From Octopus bimaculoides (Eukaryota), in NCBI RefSeq assembly GCF_001194135.2, contig NC_068992.1, positions 61,046,289 through 61,110,288 of the forward strand: a stretch of DNA of 64,000 bases, read 5' to 3'. The stretch's first letter is position 1; each line of letters opens with the position of its first letter. The position numbers were made by a program, and so were the translations under genes. Below are positions 51,715-64,000 of the stretch, in pieces. A model generated the notes under the pieces. That model was not told where the DNA came from. It did no database searches and worked only from the letters and a program-made list of their open reading frames with translations.

Positions 51715-51730
51715 AGCAAAAGGAACCATA

Positions 51731-52705
51731 TTCTTTTATTTGTTTCAGTCATTTGACTGCGGCCATGCTGGAGCACCGCCTTTAGTTGAACAAATTGATC
51801 TCAGAACTTATTCTTTGTAAGCCTAGTATTTATTCTATCAGTCTCTTTTGCCGAACAGCTAAATTACGGGGACGTAAACACATCAGTGTTGGTTGTCAAG
51901 TGATGTTGGTGGTGGGGGAACAAACACACACACACACACACACACATACATACATACATATATATATATAATGGTAGTTCATGTATATAATTGTTGGAAA
52001 AATAAGAATCAACAAGGAGAATCTTTTCATAGAGAAATTCCAACCATTTCTTAACACACATACCCCTCAGTGACCTTATTTCTCTAGGAACAGGCATAAA
52101 CTTCCTGTTGAAAAAGAGTTCATAACTCCAACTAAAAACATTTGTCTCCCCTTACACACACTTCCTGTTTTGACACCACACTTCCTGTTTAACACAAACT
52201 TTTAACCCTTTTGTTAAACCTAACACAACTCTCAATTCTCATGCATCCTTATTTTTCCAACCATTATATACATGAACTACCATTGAACTTCAAAAGCTCA
52301 AAGACAATATGTATTGGTATAGTTATTNNNNNNNNNNNNNNNNNNNNNNNNNNNNNNNNNNNNNNNNNNNNNNNNNNNNNNNNNNNNNNNNNNNNNNNNN
52401 NNNNNNNNNNNNNNNNNNNNNNNNNNNNNNNNNNNNNNNNNNNNNNNNNNNNNNNNNNNNNNNNNNNNNNNNNNNNNNNNNNNNNNNNNNNNNNNNNNNN
52501 NNNNNNNNNNNNNNNNNNNNNNNNNNNNATATATATATATATATACGACGGGCTTCTTTCAGTTTCTGTCTACCAAGTCCACTCACAAGGCTTTGGTCAG
52601 CCCGAGGTTATAGTAGAAAACACTTGCTCAAGGTGCCACGCAGTGGGACTCAACCCAGAACCATGTGGTTGATAAGCAAGCTACTTTCCACACAGCTACA
52701 GCCTA
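51731..52705 (-). mobile_element. SINE-A split at its internal (TA)n by a Penelope insertion
   Basis: 3' half at 51731-51970; 5' half resumes at 52529-52705 after the gap. Confidence 0.8.
51971..52327 (+). mobile_element. Short Penelope-like element with a 5' inverted segment
   Basis: 52004-52310 is highly similar to 15813-16120; 51971-52006 is the reverse complement of 52248-52283 with one mismatch. Confidence 0.85.
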
Positions 52706-53599
52706 AAATATATTGTGCCCAACCATAGTTTACATATCAATTGCAATATTGTGAAAAAAAAAAATCTATCTTCCTAAATTCTGTATGATAGCAACATGAA
52801 GATTTAATTCATTCTCTTTGTGAAAAGAGACTTATATAATGAGAGACCACAGCATTGTTTCCTTTTATGTTGCACCTTGTATATAGCTATTTGCAATTGA
52901 CTTTTTTTTCTTTCCTAGTATAAGGGAGAGAGAAGGTGAGAGATGATATTAATTTTAGTAAATATTTTTTTATTTTCTTTCATAGAATTTTTGTTTGTGT
53001 CAGTATTTTCACAGCTGGATGCATATTTTCACTTTTTGTTTAGGAAACCACCCAACTGTAAAGTGGGAGTAGCTCCTATTTTCAGCTTTTATCAACAGTT
53101 GAGAACAGAATGCTTTCAAAGACAGGAATGTTGGAAGTTATTGTATGCTGCCCAGCAAAAGGAAATGGGTTCCTTTTGTCCGTTTGGAAAATATTATATT
53201 GATTTCTTGCATAGGAATAGGACAGGAATTTACAGAACTGTTAGTGTTGTTTAGTCCCAAGTCTGCCCTGGTTAATCTAACATATAACCATAGACATTCC
53301 AGTCATGATCATCCATCCTTCTTTCAGAAATAGTATATCGAAGAATACATTAAGCAGTACATCATTTTAAAAAAAAAGGTTATAATGTTATAATTTGAGT
53401 GAAATTTGGTTGCTATTTCTAGCAGAGTGATTGATCATATAAAAGCTCCTTTATTTAATACTTATTCTCTTGGGCTTTTTTGCTAAACCACTAACTTATA
53501 GGGACATAAACAAACAAACAGTGGTTTTCAAGTGGTGGGGTGAACAAGCACATACGCACACACACACACACACACACGTTTCAACAATGTAACCACACA

Positions 53600-54500
53600 C
53601 ATACTGTTGGTGATATTTTTCCTTCTCTGAACTTCTCCGTTTTACTTTCTGATGTGTTATGCTTGAAACATCAAGAACTCTCTTTTTACTGAGTGTCAGA
53701 CATTATCTAGTTGTCTGTAATCCTGTAATGGGTATCATTATGAACACTTGGCTTATCTCCTCGATAATTCGGACTGAACAATGGGTTCGTAATTGCAAGG
53801 AATACCATTTTCAAGAGTTAATCTGTGTTTGAATTGTTAATAAGGTTCTCTCACATTGAAGCAATTACTCCAGGCATACGTTTTATACTGGAAATGATTT
53901 TGTCTAGTACTGCAAGTATTGCACCAACTAGTGTTTTTGAAACTAGCCTATCAAGGCATACATTTAACCAAACTGGTTACAGTTTAAAATGTAACTAAGA
54001 GAGGGCACATACATGAAAAACGAAATGTCTTTTGATATATGTAATATAATCAAATGGTGTTAGTTGTTGGGTCCATCTCAGCATTCTCAAAGATATAACC
54101 CTTGGAAGTTCTTTGGATTAAATATAAATTTAAGATTGGATCTAAACTGGAATTTTCTACTAAGTAAAATACGATGAGTACAGTTTGTGGTTCATACAAT
54201 TGCTAAAGCCTTATTTGAATAATTTTATTCAGTAGTATCTAACTTCTTCAATAAATATAGCATTCAGTGGTTATTTTGCGATAAAATTCCTGATGTAAAC
54301 ATGTTATTTCGGTCTTTGACAGAAATATTGGAAAAACTTGCATATTACATCAAACATTTAAAGCTACAAATTGGTCTGATTTGAATATCATGGTTTGCTG
54401 ATCACACACCATGTATTTCTGCATTTCTATATTTGTTTTAACTGTTTTCTTTATTTGTTAGAAATTTTTTTCCTACTGACTAGCATCAGTTGTTAACAAG
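53600..54500 (-). mobile_element. Possible very old Penelope-like fragment
   Basis: Only faint motif remnants (LVALNV ~ LVSFDV; QYLQY ~ QYLHF). Confidence 0.25.
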
Positions 54501-55231
54501 ATGTCTTTGTTGGCATGAAATATACTCATAACAGGATTCTCAACCAGAGCGTAGTTTAAATTATTGAATGGCCTCTGTTGAGCATTTATTCATCCAACTA
54601 ACTTTAACATTTTTCTCATGCAAATTCACTCATGCATAGTTCTTATTTCACAATATTTTGGCAAAATAAGCATTCAAAAATTTACCAATCCTAAAAAGGA
54701 TTCTAATTTTTTCTTAGGTGAAGAAACATGTAATATTTACTGGCATACAAGTCAACTTAGTATATAGTGTAAACATTCAAATATTGTCACTATCTTTCCA
54801 AGTCTTGCTGCATTTCATATGGAATTGTTGGTCCTCCAAATTAGCTTGGTGTATAAGTTGACTTACCATTTTTGTTTCTTTTATATATATTTTGGCTTGA
54901 AAAATTCAACTTGTCTGTTGGAAAATACAGTGACATTTTCTGGACCAAATGTCAATGTGGAGAAGCCCTTTCTTCTGAAGTGTAATTTTCCAAAAACAAT
55001 CACTTGTCACAAATAATGGTACATTTCTCAGATTTGATAGTTATTCTTGCATTTCTCAGGTGATCCAAATGTAAACTTGGTCTTCCGGTTCTATTCCCTC
55101 TAGGTATTTGCACACAAACATATACATCCTGATAAATTCTTTTATTTTCATATCAACCCCAAAGGTCTTTTCTGTTGCTCTTTATTTATTTATTTTTTTA
55201 TATCCTATGACGTTTGTATTCATCTCAACAG

Positions 55232-55283
55232 AGGTGTTAATGGTAGTGATTTCTTTGAAGTCGTTATCTATTTGAATTTAGTG
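55232..55283 (+). CDS. Candidate exon, 52 nt, phase 2 to 0 ((R)GVNGSDFFEVVIYLNLV)
   Basis: tttgtattcatctcaacag|AGGTG...TTAGTG|gtaagc; one open frame. Confidence 0.3.
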
Positions 55284-56197
55284 GTAAGCACCTTTGAGAT
55301 TAAATTTTGTTAAAAACAAAAAGGAAAACAAACGCTGTCTCAAATTATGAGTGAAAGACAGATTCAATATTAGGAGTTGAATAAGAGTTTAAAAAATCTT
55401 GTGACTAAAACCTATCTTGTAGTTATTCAAACCACCATCTATTTTTTTATACAACTGCAAAAGCAGACACACACACTTGCCATCATCAGGTGGGTTGAGT
55501 TCTGAAATACTTTGTTCAGTCATTTTTGTAATTTCCCCAACTCATCATATTTTCATGTTCACTTTTCCATGCTTGCATGGGTTGGATGGAGTTTATTGAA
55601 GCATATATTCTGTGACTGGATACCCTTCCTGTCACCAATCCTCACATAGCCAGACATGTTTCTGCTGGATACTGGAAATTAATGATACTATGTTTATGGC
55701 GCTGACAATCACTACAGCTACTATGTGATGTCAAGGCAAAGAAACACACGCACACACACACACACACACACCTTGAAAAAGGAAATATTTTTAATGTATT
55801 GGATGTGGAGTTTATTTTTTGTACAATTCTTTTTCTCTGGTAATTAATTACTCCTCAATTTTTGCAATTTATAATAATTTCTCAGTTTTATTAGACATGA
55901 AAGACTGAAAAAAATTTGGGCTGACACAAATTAATTGTGGCTCATGTGGCCATGTAACCTTTTTTGTCATGCTAAACAGTGTTGTTGTTATTACTGCTAT
56001 TGTTGTCACTGAATGAAGCATTGATTTGCAACAGGTTAGCTGCAGTTGATTGATTAGTAAGAAGGTGTCCTCAAATCTCCTTGTTTGTAAACTCAGTCAA
56101 GCCTTTCCATTAACATACAATATCCAGTTCTTTGTCCTATGCCATTGATTTTCAGCTTTTGTTGCAGCTGTTGTTATTGCTACTGCTGCTATTATTA

Positions 56198-57210
56198 TTA
56201 AGGCAGTGAGCTGGCAGAATCATTAGCATGCTGGACAAAATGCATAGCAATATTTCGTCTGTCTTTATGTGCTGAGTTCAAATTCTGCTGAGGTCAACTT
56301 TGCTTTTTATATATTCGAGGTTGATAAAATAAGCCCCAGTTGAGCACTGGGGCCGATGTAATGGACTTACTCCCTACTCTGAAATTTCGGGCTTTGTGCC
56401 TATGGTAGAAATAATTATTATTTATTAAAGCAGTGAACTGGAAGAGTCGTTAGCATGTTGGACCAAATGTTTAACGGCATTTTATCTGGTTCTTTGTTCG
56501 GGGTTCAAGTTCAACTGAGGTCAACTTTGTCTTCCATTGTCTTGTGGTCAATAAAATAAGTACCATTTGAGGACTGAGATTGATGTAATTCATTAACCCC
56601 TCCTCCAAAATTTCAAGCCTTATGTCTATACTAGAAAGGATTCGTTTTCTTATTTCCTCCAGTGTTGAGAAAATAAGTATTAATATCAATGTAATCAACT
56701 TGCTCCCTTCACTTCAAAATTGCTAAAATTTGCAACCATTATTATTATTATTAAGGTGGTGAGCTGGCTGAATCGTTAGCATGATGGGTGAAATGCTTAG
56801 TGGTATTTTGTCTGTCTTTACGTTCTGAGTTCAAATTTCAGGGATGTCAACTTTGCCTTTCATCCTTTCAGGGTCGATAAACTAAGTACCAGTGAAACAC
56901 TGGGGTCGATGTAATCAACTAGTACCCTCCCCTAAATTTTCAGGCCTTGTGCTTTTAGTAAAAAGGGTTATTATTATTAATTAAGGTGGTGAGCTGACAG
57001 ACTCATTAGTGTGGTGGACAAAATGCTCAGAGGTATTTTGCCTGTCGCTATGTTCTGAGATCAAATTCTGTTGAGGTCGACTTTGCCTTCATCTTTTTGA
57101 GATTGATGAAATAAGTACCAGTTGAACATTGGGGTCAATGTAACTAACTTACCCACTTCCACAAATTTTGGGCCTCGTGCCTTTAGTAGAACAGATTATT
57201 ATTATTATTA
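56198..57210 (+). mobile_element. Head-to-tail array of 4 full and 1 partial SINE-B copies
   Basis: Heads at about 56198, 56425, 56752 and 56982, each directly after an (ATT)n run. Confidence 0.9.
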
Positions 57211-58159
57211 GCATGCTTTATACTGAAGACAATTATCAATGCTGCTGTTTATGTTTTATAGGATTGTTTACCACTTGTTACTTTTTCTGTAATTTTCCTT
57301 TCTGTAATGCTTCATAATTCTAGCCAGTTTCTCCCACCCCTCTCTCTCTTTTTCTCTCCAATGTTGTTACCTCCACCCAACTGGTCATTATGAAAGCAAG
57401 GATATTTATGTCTGTGTGATACACACATCTGCTCACAAGGAAAATGGATAAAAACATTTAATAGGAAGAGTGAAGTTTTAGTACATGTGTGTGTTTATGT
57501 TAAAGTGTAAAAGAAATAAAATGGAAGCATACACACACACACACACACACATTGCTTTTTATTATTCCTCTCTCTTCGATATGCTTATATGAAACCATAT
57601 ACGTATATATATATATACACACACATATGTTTATAAAATTGTTTTATATATATATGTTTATAAAATTGTTATATACATATATATATATATATATATTCAT
57701 ATGTAACAGGCATAAATAAATTGCATCGGAAACAAAACAATTTTAGAAAGTGTGTGAGTGCAATAAACTGAAAGTAAAAAATACTTATTGTGTTAAATTG
57801 CTTCAAAACACACACCCATGCATGCACACATATGCACATGCATTCACATATGCTAATTGCAGCTATTTGTTCTCACTCAATGATACAGCTATTACCCTTA
57901 CTGCTGCTGTTGTTACATTCAGTGTTTCACACCTTGCACACATTTGAAAGGAGCTGACAAACTAGATTAGCTTTATTGCTTCTTCTGTCAACTTGCATTA
58001 GTGGATACCATACCTAATGGACATGCCACATATCCCATTAATTATAGGAATTTCAATGAAATTGTTCCATCATTATGTCTTTCAAAACTACTAAAACATG
58101 GAGCAACTGCTCTTTATAGGAATACTGTGTCCACTGGGAATTGACACTCTCATTTATCT

Positions 58160-58386
58160 TTGACCCTTTTGATATTAACCCATCTGTGATTGTCTCCAGT
58201 TCTATGATATAAATTTGTGTTAAAGTGGTCTCGATTAAAATCTTCCATCAAAATTGCATGTTTGTTTATATTCCAAACACCAGGTTAATGACAACAAAGT
58301 TATTTTACTAAATTCTTCATTACTTTCAAATTTAATTGTAACAAAGTTAGTGTAGTTCAACAGAAATATGGTAACAAAAAAGTTAG
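58160..58386. mobile_element. TTAA-type MITE, second copy, followed by a partial tandem copy (58400-58495)
   Basis: ttgaCCCTTTTGATA...ATGGTAACAAAAAAGttag; internal homology to 31321-31555. Confidence 0.55.
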
Positions 58387-58496
58387 TAATTTAAATTAAA
58401 ATGTTCCATCAAAATTTTATGTTTATTTATTATCCAAGCACCAGATTAATGACAGTTATTTCACTAAATTCTTCATTATTTTCAAAATTTATGGGA

Positions 58497-58770
58497 CCTT
58501 TGGTGATTTACTGTGCTTGTGAAGACTTGTCAAGCCAAGTGAAATTGTAATCATGGCCAGTGCTGACGACACATAAAAGGCACCCATGTCAGTCACATGT
58601 AATAGGCACCTACTACACTCTTTGAGTGGCTGGCATTAGGAAGGGCATCCAACTGTAGAAACCATGCCAAATCAGGCTGGAACCTGGTACAGCTCTCTGG
58701 CTTGCTGGTTCCACTCAAACCATGTAACCCATGCCAGCATGGAAAGTGGACACTAAATGATGATGATCAA
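58497..58770 (+). mobile_element. SINE-C copy
   Basis: Ends cccatgccagcatggaaagtggacactaaatgatgatgat. Confidence 0.8.
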
Positions 58771-59124
58771 ACGATGTCAGCATATTTCAACAGAAATATT
58801 TTGACGAAATGGTTAAAGTGCAAGCAACACCGACAACAACTATTTAAGGTTCTGATCTATAGTCATATGCTTGAAGAAGCCATGGAGGCAGTGGCATCAA
58901 TCAGTTGATTACATCAGTCAATCCTAATAGTTGACAAGTATTGTATTGACGATGAATTAATGAAATGCAAAGTTGATCTTGACAGGATTTGAAATCACAA
59001 TGTAAACATCTGCAACAGGTATAGCTAACCATTGCTCTGTTGCTGTTTCAAATTTACTTATTTTGTCTCAACTTGGAAATCTTGTAATGTTCTCCCTAGT
59101 CAGATGCTCTTGTAGCATATAAAT

Positions 59125-59950
59125 GAAATCTGCAAACTGGCAGAACTGTTAAGTACATTGGACAAAATGCTTAGTGACATTTTGTCTACCATTACCTTCT
59201 GAGTTCAGATTCCACTAACATTGACTTTGTCTTTCAGCTGTTCAGGGTTGCACCCCAAATTTCAGGCCTTGTGCATTTCGTAGAAAGGATTATTATTACT
59301 ATTATTATTCAGGTGGCAATCTGGTAGAATCGTTAGGGTTTGGGCAAAATGCTTAGCGATATTTTGTTTGTCTTTGTGTTCTGAGTTCAAATTCCACTGA
59401 AGTCAACTTTGCCTTTCACCCTTTTGGGCTCGATAAATTAAGTACCAGTGAAAAACTGGGGTTGATGTAATTGACTATTTCCCTCCCACTAAATTTGAGG
59501 CCTCGTGCCCTTAGTAGAAAGGATTATTATTATTAAAGTGGTGAACTGGCAAAATCATTAGCAGCATTTCTTCCCTCTCTTTACGTTTTGAGTTCAAATT
59601 CCCCCGAGGTCAACTTTGTCTTTCATCCTTCCGGGGTTGATGAAGTAAGTACCAGTTGATCACTGACCTCAACGTAATCGACATACCCCTTCACTTAAAA
59701 TTTGCTGACCTTATGCCAAAATTTGTAATCATTGTTACAATTATTGGAATGGTGGATTGACAGGATCATTTGAGTATCAGATAGAATAGCTTGCTATATT
59801 ATGCTCTGAATTCAAATCCTATCAAACTCAAACTTATCATTCATCCCTCCAGGGTTAATAAAATAAAGTACCATTTAAGTACGAGAATCAGTATAATCGA
59901 CTAGCCCTGTTGCCTGAAATTTCAGGTCTTGTGCCTAAATTTGAAAGAAT
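59125..59950 (+). mobile_element. Head-to-tail array of 4 SINE-B copies
   Basis: Heads at about 59125, 59309, 59533 and 59745. Confidence 0.85.
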
Positions 59951-61009
59951 TTTTCTTGATATCTTTGTGGAAAGGAGACATGTTTGTTTCAATTTGTGTG
60001 TGTATGTATATCTACAAACAGATACATATAAATATGTATATATAAACATTGTATGTGTGTATGTGTATAATATAGTAGTGTGTGTGTATGTATATATAAT
60101 ATAGTAGTGTCTAGTCTGAAGGCTTATGCAACAAGTCCAAACTTGTATCTTCTATATTTGTTGCCAACTTTTCATTAGTATACTTTTAATGTATGCCATT
60201 AGTACATTATCTCAAGTGCACCATTAGTTCATCTTTAGAACTGCTGTTTGCTTAAATTCATTTTTTCCTTCAACAAATTGATACTTTTTTTTTGTTACTT
60301 TTTATTTGAAGCTGTTGTTACACATGCCTACACATGCATGAAAAATAGCTTTATCATCATATCATCATCATCATCATCATCACTGTCACTATCATAATCA
60401 TTATTGTTGTTACTGTTGCCTGCTTACTGTACTTCTTTCTCTGGGCTGATACTGATTTGGTGCCAAATTAGAGAAGCAGCATAACTATGCATATTCCACT
60501 GTATTCTTGCACGTGTACCTTCACAAAGTCATAGTCATTGTCCATTCGTTCAACAATCTACATGAATTCTTCAGTATCTAGTTTAGTTTTGAGTTCAAAA
60601 GCCAAGCGTTGTAAAACACTGCAACACTCTATGATCAAATCCTAGCAAACTATATATTATAAATCATGGCTGTATTGTTAAGAAGTTTGCTTTGCAACCA
60701 CTAGGCTTCAGGTTCAATCTCACAGCATAGGGTCTCCTATATTAGTCTCAGTCTGACCAATGTATCGCTGTTAATATTGGTAGGTGGAAAGAATATGGAA
60801 GCTTGTCATATAAAAATATATACAACGCAAAATCATGGTTGTGTGATTGAGAAGTTTGCTTCTCAGCCACCTGGTTTGGGGTTCAGTCCCCCTGCTTGTT
60901 CCTTTCTTTGGCCAGACTAGATTTGACAGATAAAAACTGAAAAAAAACCGGCCCCTCCACTCTACCTCATGTGCCTGTCCACACTCTCTCCATGCTCCAA
61001 CGTATCTCT

Positions 61010-61496
61010 TGTGCTGGCACCACATAAAAAGTACCTGTGCTGGTCCCACATAGAAGCCATCTGTACTGGTCCCACATAGAAGCCATTTGTACTGGTCCCA
61101 CGTAGAAGTCATCCGTGCTGGTGCCATGTAAAAAGCACCCAGAACATTCTGTAAAGTGGTTGGCATTAGGAAAGGCATCCAGCTGTTGAAACCCTGCTGA
61201 AACAGACGATTGGAGCCTGATGTAGCTCTGCACCTTGCCACATCCTGTTGAATCTTTTTTATGTGGTGTTGGTATGGCTGCTCCTCTTATGTGGTGCCAG
61301 CATAGGTGTCTCTTATGTGATGCCAGCACAGGTGCTTTTTACATGGCACCAGCACGGGTACTTTTTTTTTTTTACATGGTGTCAACATGGGCTTCTTCCA
61401 TGTGGTGCCTGCACGGATGCTTTCTTTACATGACGCCAATACTGGTTCTTTTGTATGTGGCACCTTCATGGGTGCTTTTAACATGGCACCAGCATG
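61010..61496. repeat. Two oppositely oriented arrays of a 26-bp unit (5 plus about 9 units) from SINE-C internal repeats
   Basis: Plus units start at 61010, 61036, 61062, 61088, 61114; 61114-61139 is the exact reverse complement of 61331-61356. Confidence 0.9.
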
Positions 61497-62183
61497 AAGA
61501 TATCAGAGTGGATACACTATACAAAGCTCTTCAGTGGTAGCTATATAACAGCACAATAGTCCCTATGGGACTCCGCATAATGTACCCTCTCCCCACTACT
61601 CTTGCCTTCCACTTATCAATACTATGCCACCACATCTCACTTCCCCTGATTAATATTGATTCTAATCTCCAGCTGACACTCATACCTTATCAATACTAGC
61701 ACTACTTCAGTCTCCCACACCTTGTTAGGTCAATACTAAACCTACTCCTCTGCCCACCCTTTCTCCATCATGCAGCAGTCAACATTTAATTTATTCTTAT
61801 TCTCTTATACCTGCCTACTCTGTATACATTTCAAACTTCCCCTACGGTCATCTCCTCACCACTTCTACCTCTCACTTTCAATGGTCAATGATGAATGTAT
61901 AGCTCTCCTTCCCTCCATTATGTCCAACATGATTCTGGTTAATAAAATCCATCTTTTACCCTGCAACCTCCTTTATCCCTAGTATTTTTTGCAGCTAATG
62001 CTGATTGAATCTACCCCTGTCCCTCTTATTCATTCTTTTTCTCTCTCTCTATTTATACAACCGTGTAAACTAATTCAACTTCATTGTTTACCATGTTACA
62101 ACTTAGTCACTGTATGCCGAGTGAACACATACACGAACACACACACACACAGCACAATAAACTGATTATAATTATCATTATTT

Positions 62184-62255
<72 letters not shown>

Positions 62256-62313
62256 GTAATAGAGCACTTAATATAAGCTCAATAAAATATTCCTTTTGAA
62301 TATCCTTTATAAA

Positions 62314-62380
<67 letters not shown>

Positions 62381-63759
62381 ACACCATGTGTGTATGTGTT
62401 TGTGTAACCCACTTCATATGTGTGTGTGTGTGTGTATATATATATATGTATGGGATGTATAAAAATACAACTGATGGAAGTCATTTATTGAAATCACTTT
62501 GAGACAACCTTTTTTTACTGACAACAACAACAACAATCAGTTGATGACATTAAGCAAATAAAGAGTTTGCGACCCATTAATTTTGAAAACAATAAGCAGT
62601 TGATAACATTATCAATGATTATAAGCAATTTTACTCTATATATACTATTTTCCTTAACAGTGACTTTGAAGTCTCTTTCCGGGTCTGTGGCTCATTCAAA
62701 CCATCTGATAACGTGTTGAAATCACTGCCAAGGAAACACATACATATCTATGTTTGTCTGTCTGCACACAAATGTCTGCACACAAACACAGCAAGTTGAG
62801 ATAAGCTCTGGATTAATGTTATCAGCTTGATCCTTAAAGGAAAAGATAATGGCCTTACTATGTTTCAGATATTGCCCTTTTTTGGATAATGGAAAAAGAG
62901 AGGAAGAAAGGCTAGGAGAAACTGAAAGAAGCGGAAGAAGAAGAAAAAAAAAAAGCAAGAAGTAAAATGGGGGAAGAGCAATCCTGATGAAAGAAGCTCT
63001 GTAGAGTTGGTCCACTTGTGGACCACTGACTGTACACACACAAGCACACACAGTCATTTCTAATGAAACAATAGTTAAAAGTTAATAAACAATTAAGTGA
63101 TTATAGGTTTTATTTCTTAATGATATCATTATTAAATGATATAGGTTTAATTTCATTAGCACAATTGTTAATTAAGCATTTTATTCTTAACTACAGATGA
63201 ATTAACTGATTGAAACTAACTATACCTCTATTGGTACATGTGTGTGCATGTACCTATGTGCCTGTGTGTATGTCTGTACATATGGATGTGTGTGTGGGGG
63301 GGGATAAGAATGAGTAACAGCTTTGTAGCCATTTGTTCATTAACTAATTGTTTTGTTTTGTTTGTTTGGTGAGTGTATGGGAAGTTATATATTTTCTTTA
63401 CTTAACAGGAAGGAAAATTAAAAATAAAACAAGCAAAGAAAGAAACATATTTCCCATCATGCACCTGATGAGTCTTCATTGAGTCATATCTCTTCCTTTT
63501 ATTTTGGTTAAGTCCTAGGCGACCCCTAACTTTCAAAATCTTTGATTGAAACATCCGTGACATCCCATCTCACTTCAGGCTGTGCATCAAGACTGTTATC
63601 CAAATTGTATTCTTCCATCCATTTTTTTTTTACTTTATTTTTATATTTTAAAAGGTGGGGTGTAGTTTCAAGGGTATTCAGCTGCTTGTTCAAGCTGGTC
63701 TGTCAGTTTCATAAAAGCTCACTTATTGGTTTGGTTTGCCATATTTTCCTGCATATAAG

Positions 63760-63919
63760 TTGACAAAGCATACAGTGTAAACATTCAAACACCACTAGCT
63801 TTCTAAAATTCTGCATTTTTAGTATTCCAAAGTCATCTTGGTGTATAAATTGACCTCTCTTTTTTTGGCTATAAATTTTGGTCTGAAAAATTCAAACTTG
63901 TATCTCAGAAAATACAGTA
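63760..63919 (-). mobile_element. Tc2/pogo-type terminal fragment
   Basis: Minus strand begins TACTGTATTTTCTGAG, resembling Tc2 TA|CCGTATTT termini; related to 54770-54950. Confidence 0.45.
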
Positions 63920-64000
63920 TTGTTGTTCAGCTTTTGTTTTTTCCCTACATTGTTACATTCGAGAATAATATCATTATTACTCTTTTACTAGTGTTATTGG

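Noticed and set aside
52943-53254. 103-aa ORF
   Set aside because: No recognisable domain, no good donor, and its 3' end runs into repeat family E.
58002-58144. 46-codon plus frame containing LLKHGA (ankyrin-like)
   Set aside because: No TPLH-type helix at the correct spacing and no donor; such frame lengths are expected by chance in 64 kb.
61010-61496. CRISPR-like array
   Set aside because: Units are contiguous with no unique spacers, derive from a SINE, and there are no cas genes; the context is eukaryotic.

Overview
Eukaryotic, strongly AT-rich, repeat-saturated DNA from a gapped scaffold with 7 N-runs, most abutting (AT)n or (CT)n tracts. The SINE families and microsatellite load look like an octopus genome (inference from pattern recognition, not a database hit). 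There is no long host ORF, operon, CRISPR array, rRNA or intact tRNA. Nearly all ORF-track entries are artefacts of microsatellites, SINEs or N-gaps. Recognisable protein remnants are transposon-derived: an R4/Dong-type restriction-like endonuclease (1605-1958), Penelope-like RT and GIY-YIG pieces (14.8-15.9 kb, 52 kb, plus older fragments), RTE LINE ends and pogo/Tc2 remnants. Non-autonomous elements include Helentron-type HINEs, hAT, Tc2 and TTAA MITEs, and several tRNA-derived SINE families (my labels A-E). Short splice-flanked open segments suggest the window is intronic to at least one gene; the best case is a phase-compatible minus-strand chain 11788-11722, 10254-10242 (13-nt microexon), 995-917, but no product can be named. 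The most interesting signals are: (i) apparent partitioning of microsatellite targets, with Penelope in (TA)n versus R4/Dong, HINE and SINE-B in (TAA)n; (ii) head-to-tail SINE arrays; (iii) a Penelope copy with a 5' inverted repeat and a half hammerhead motif; (iv) several fold-back structures; (v) an event hotspot inside one SINE family. I found no clear evidence of a wholly new multi-gene system. Most repeat boundaries are approximate (about 10-30 bp).
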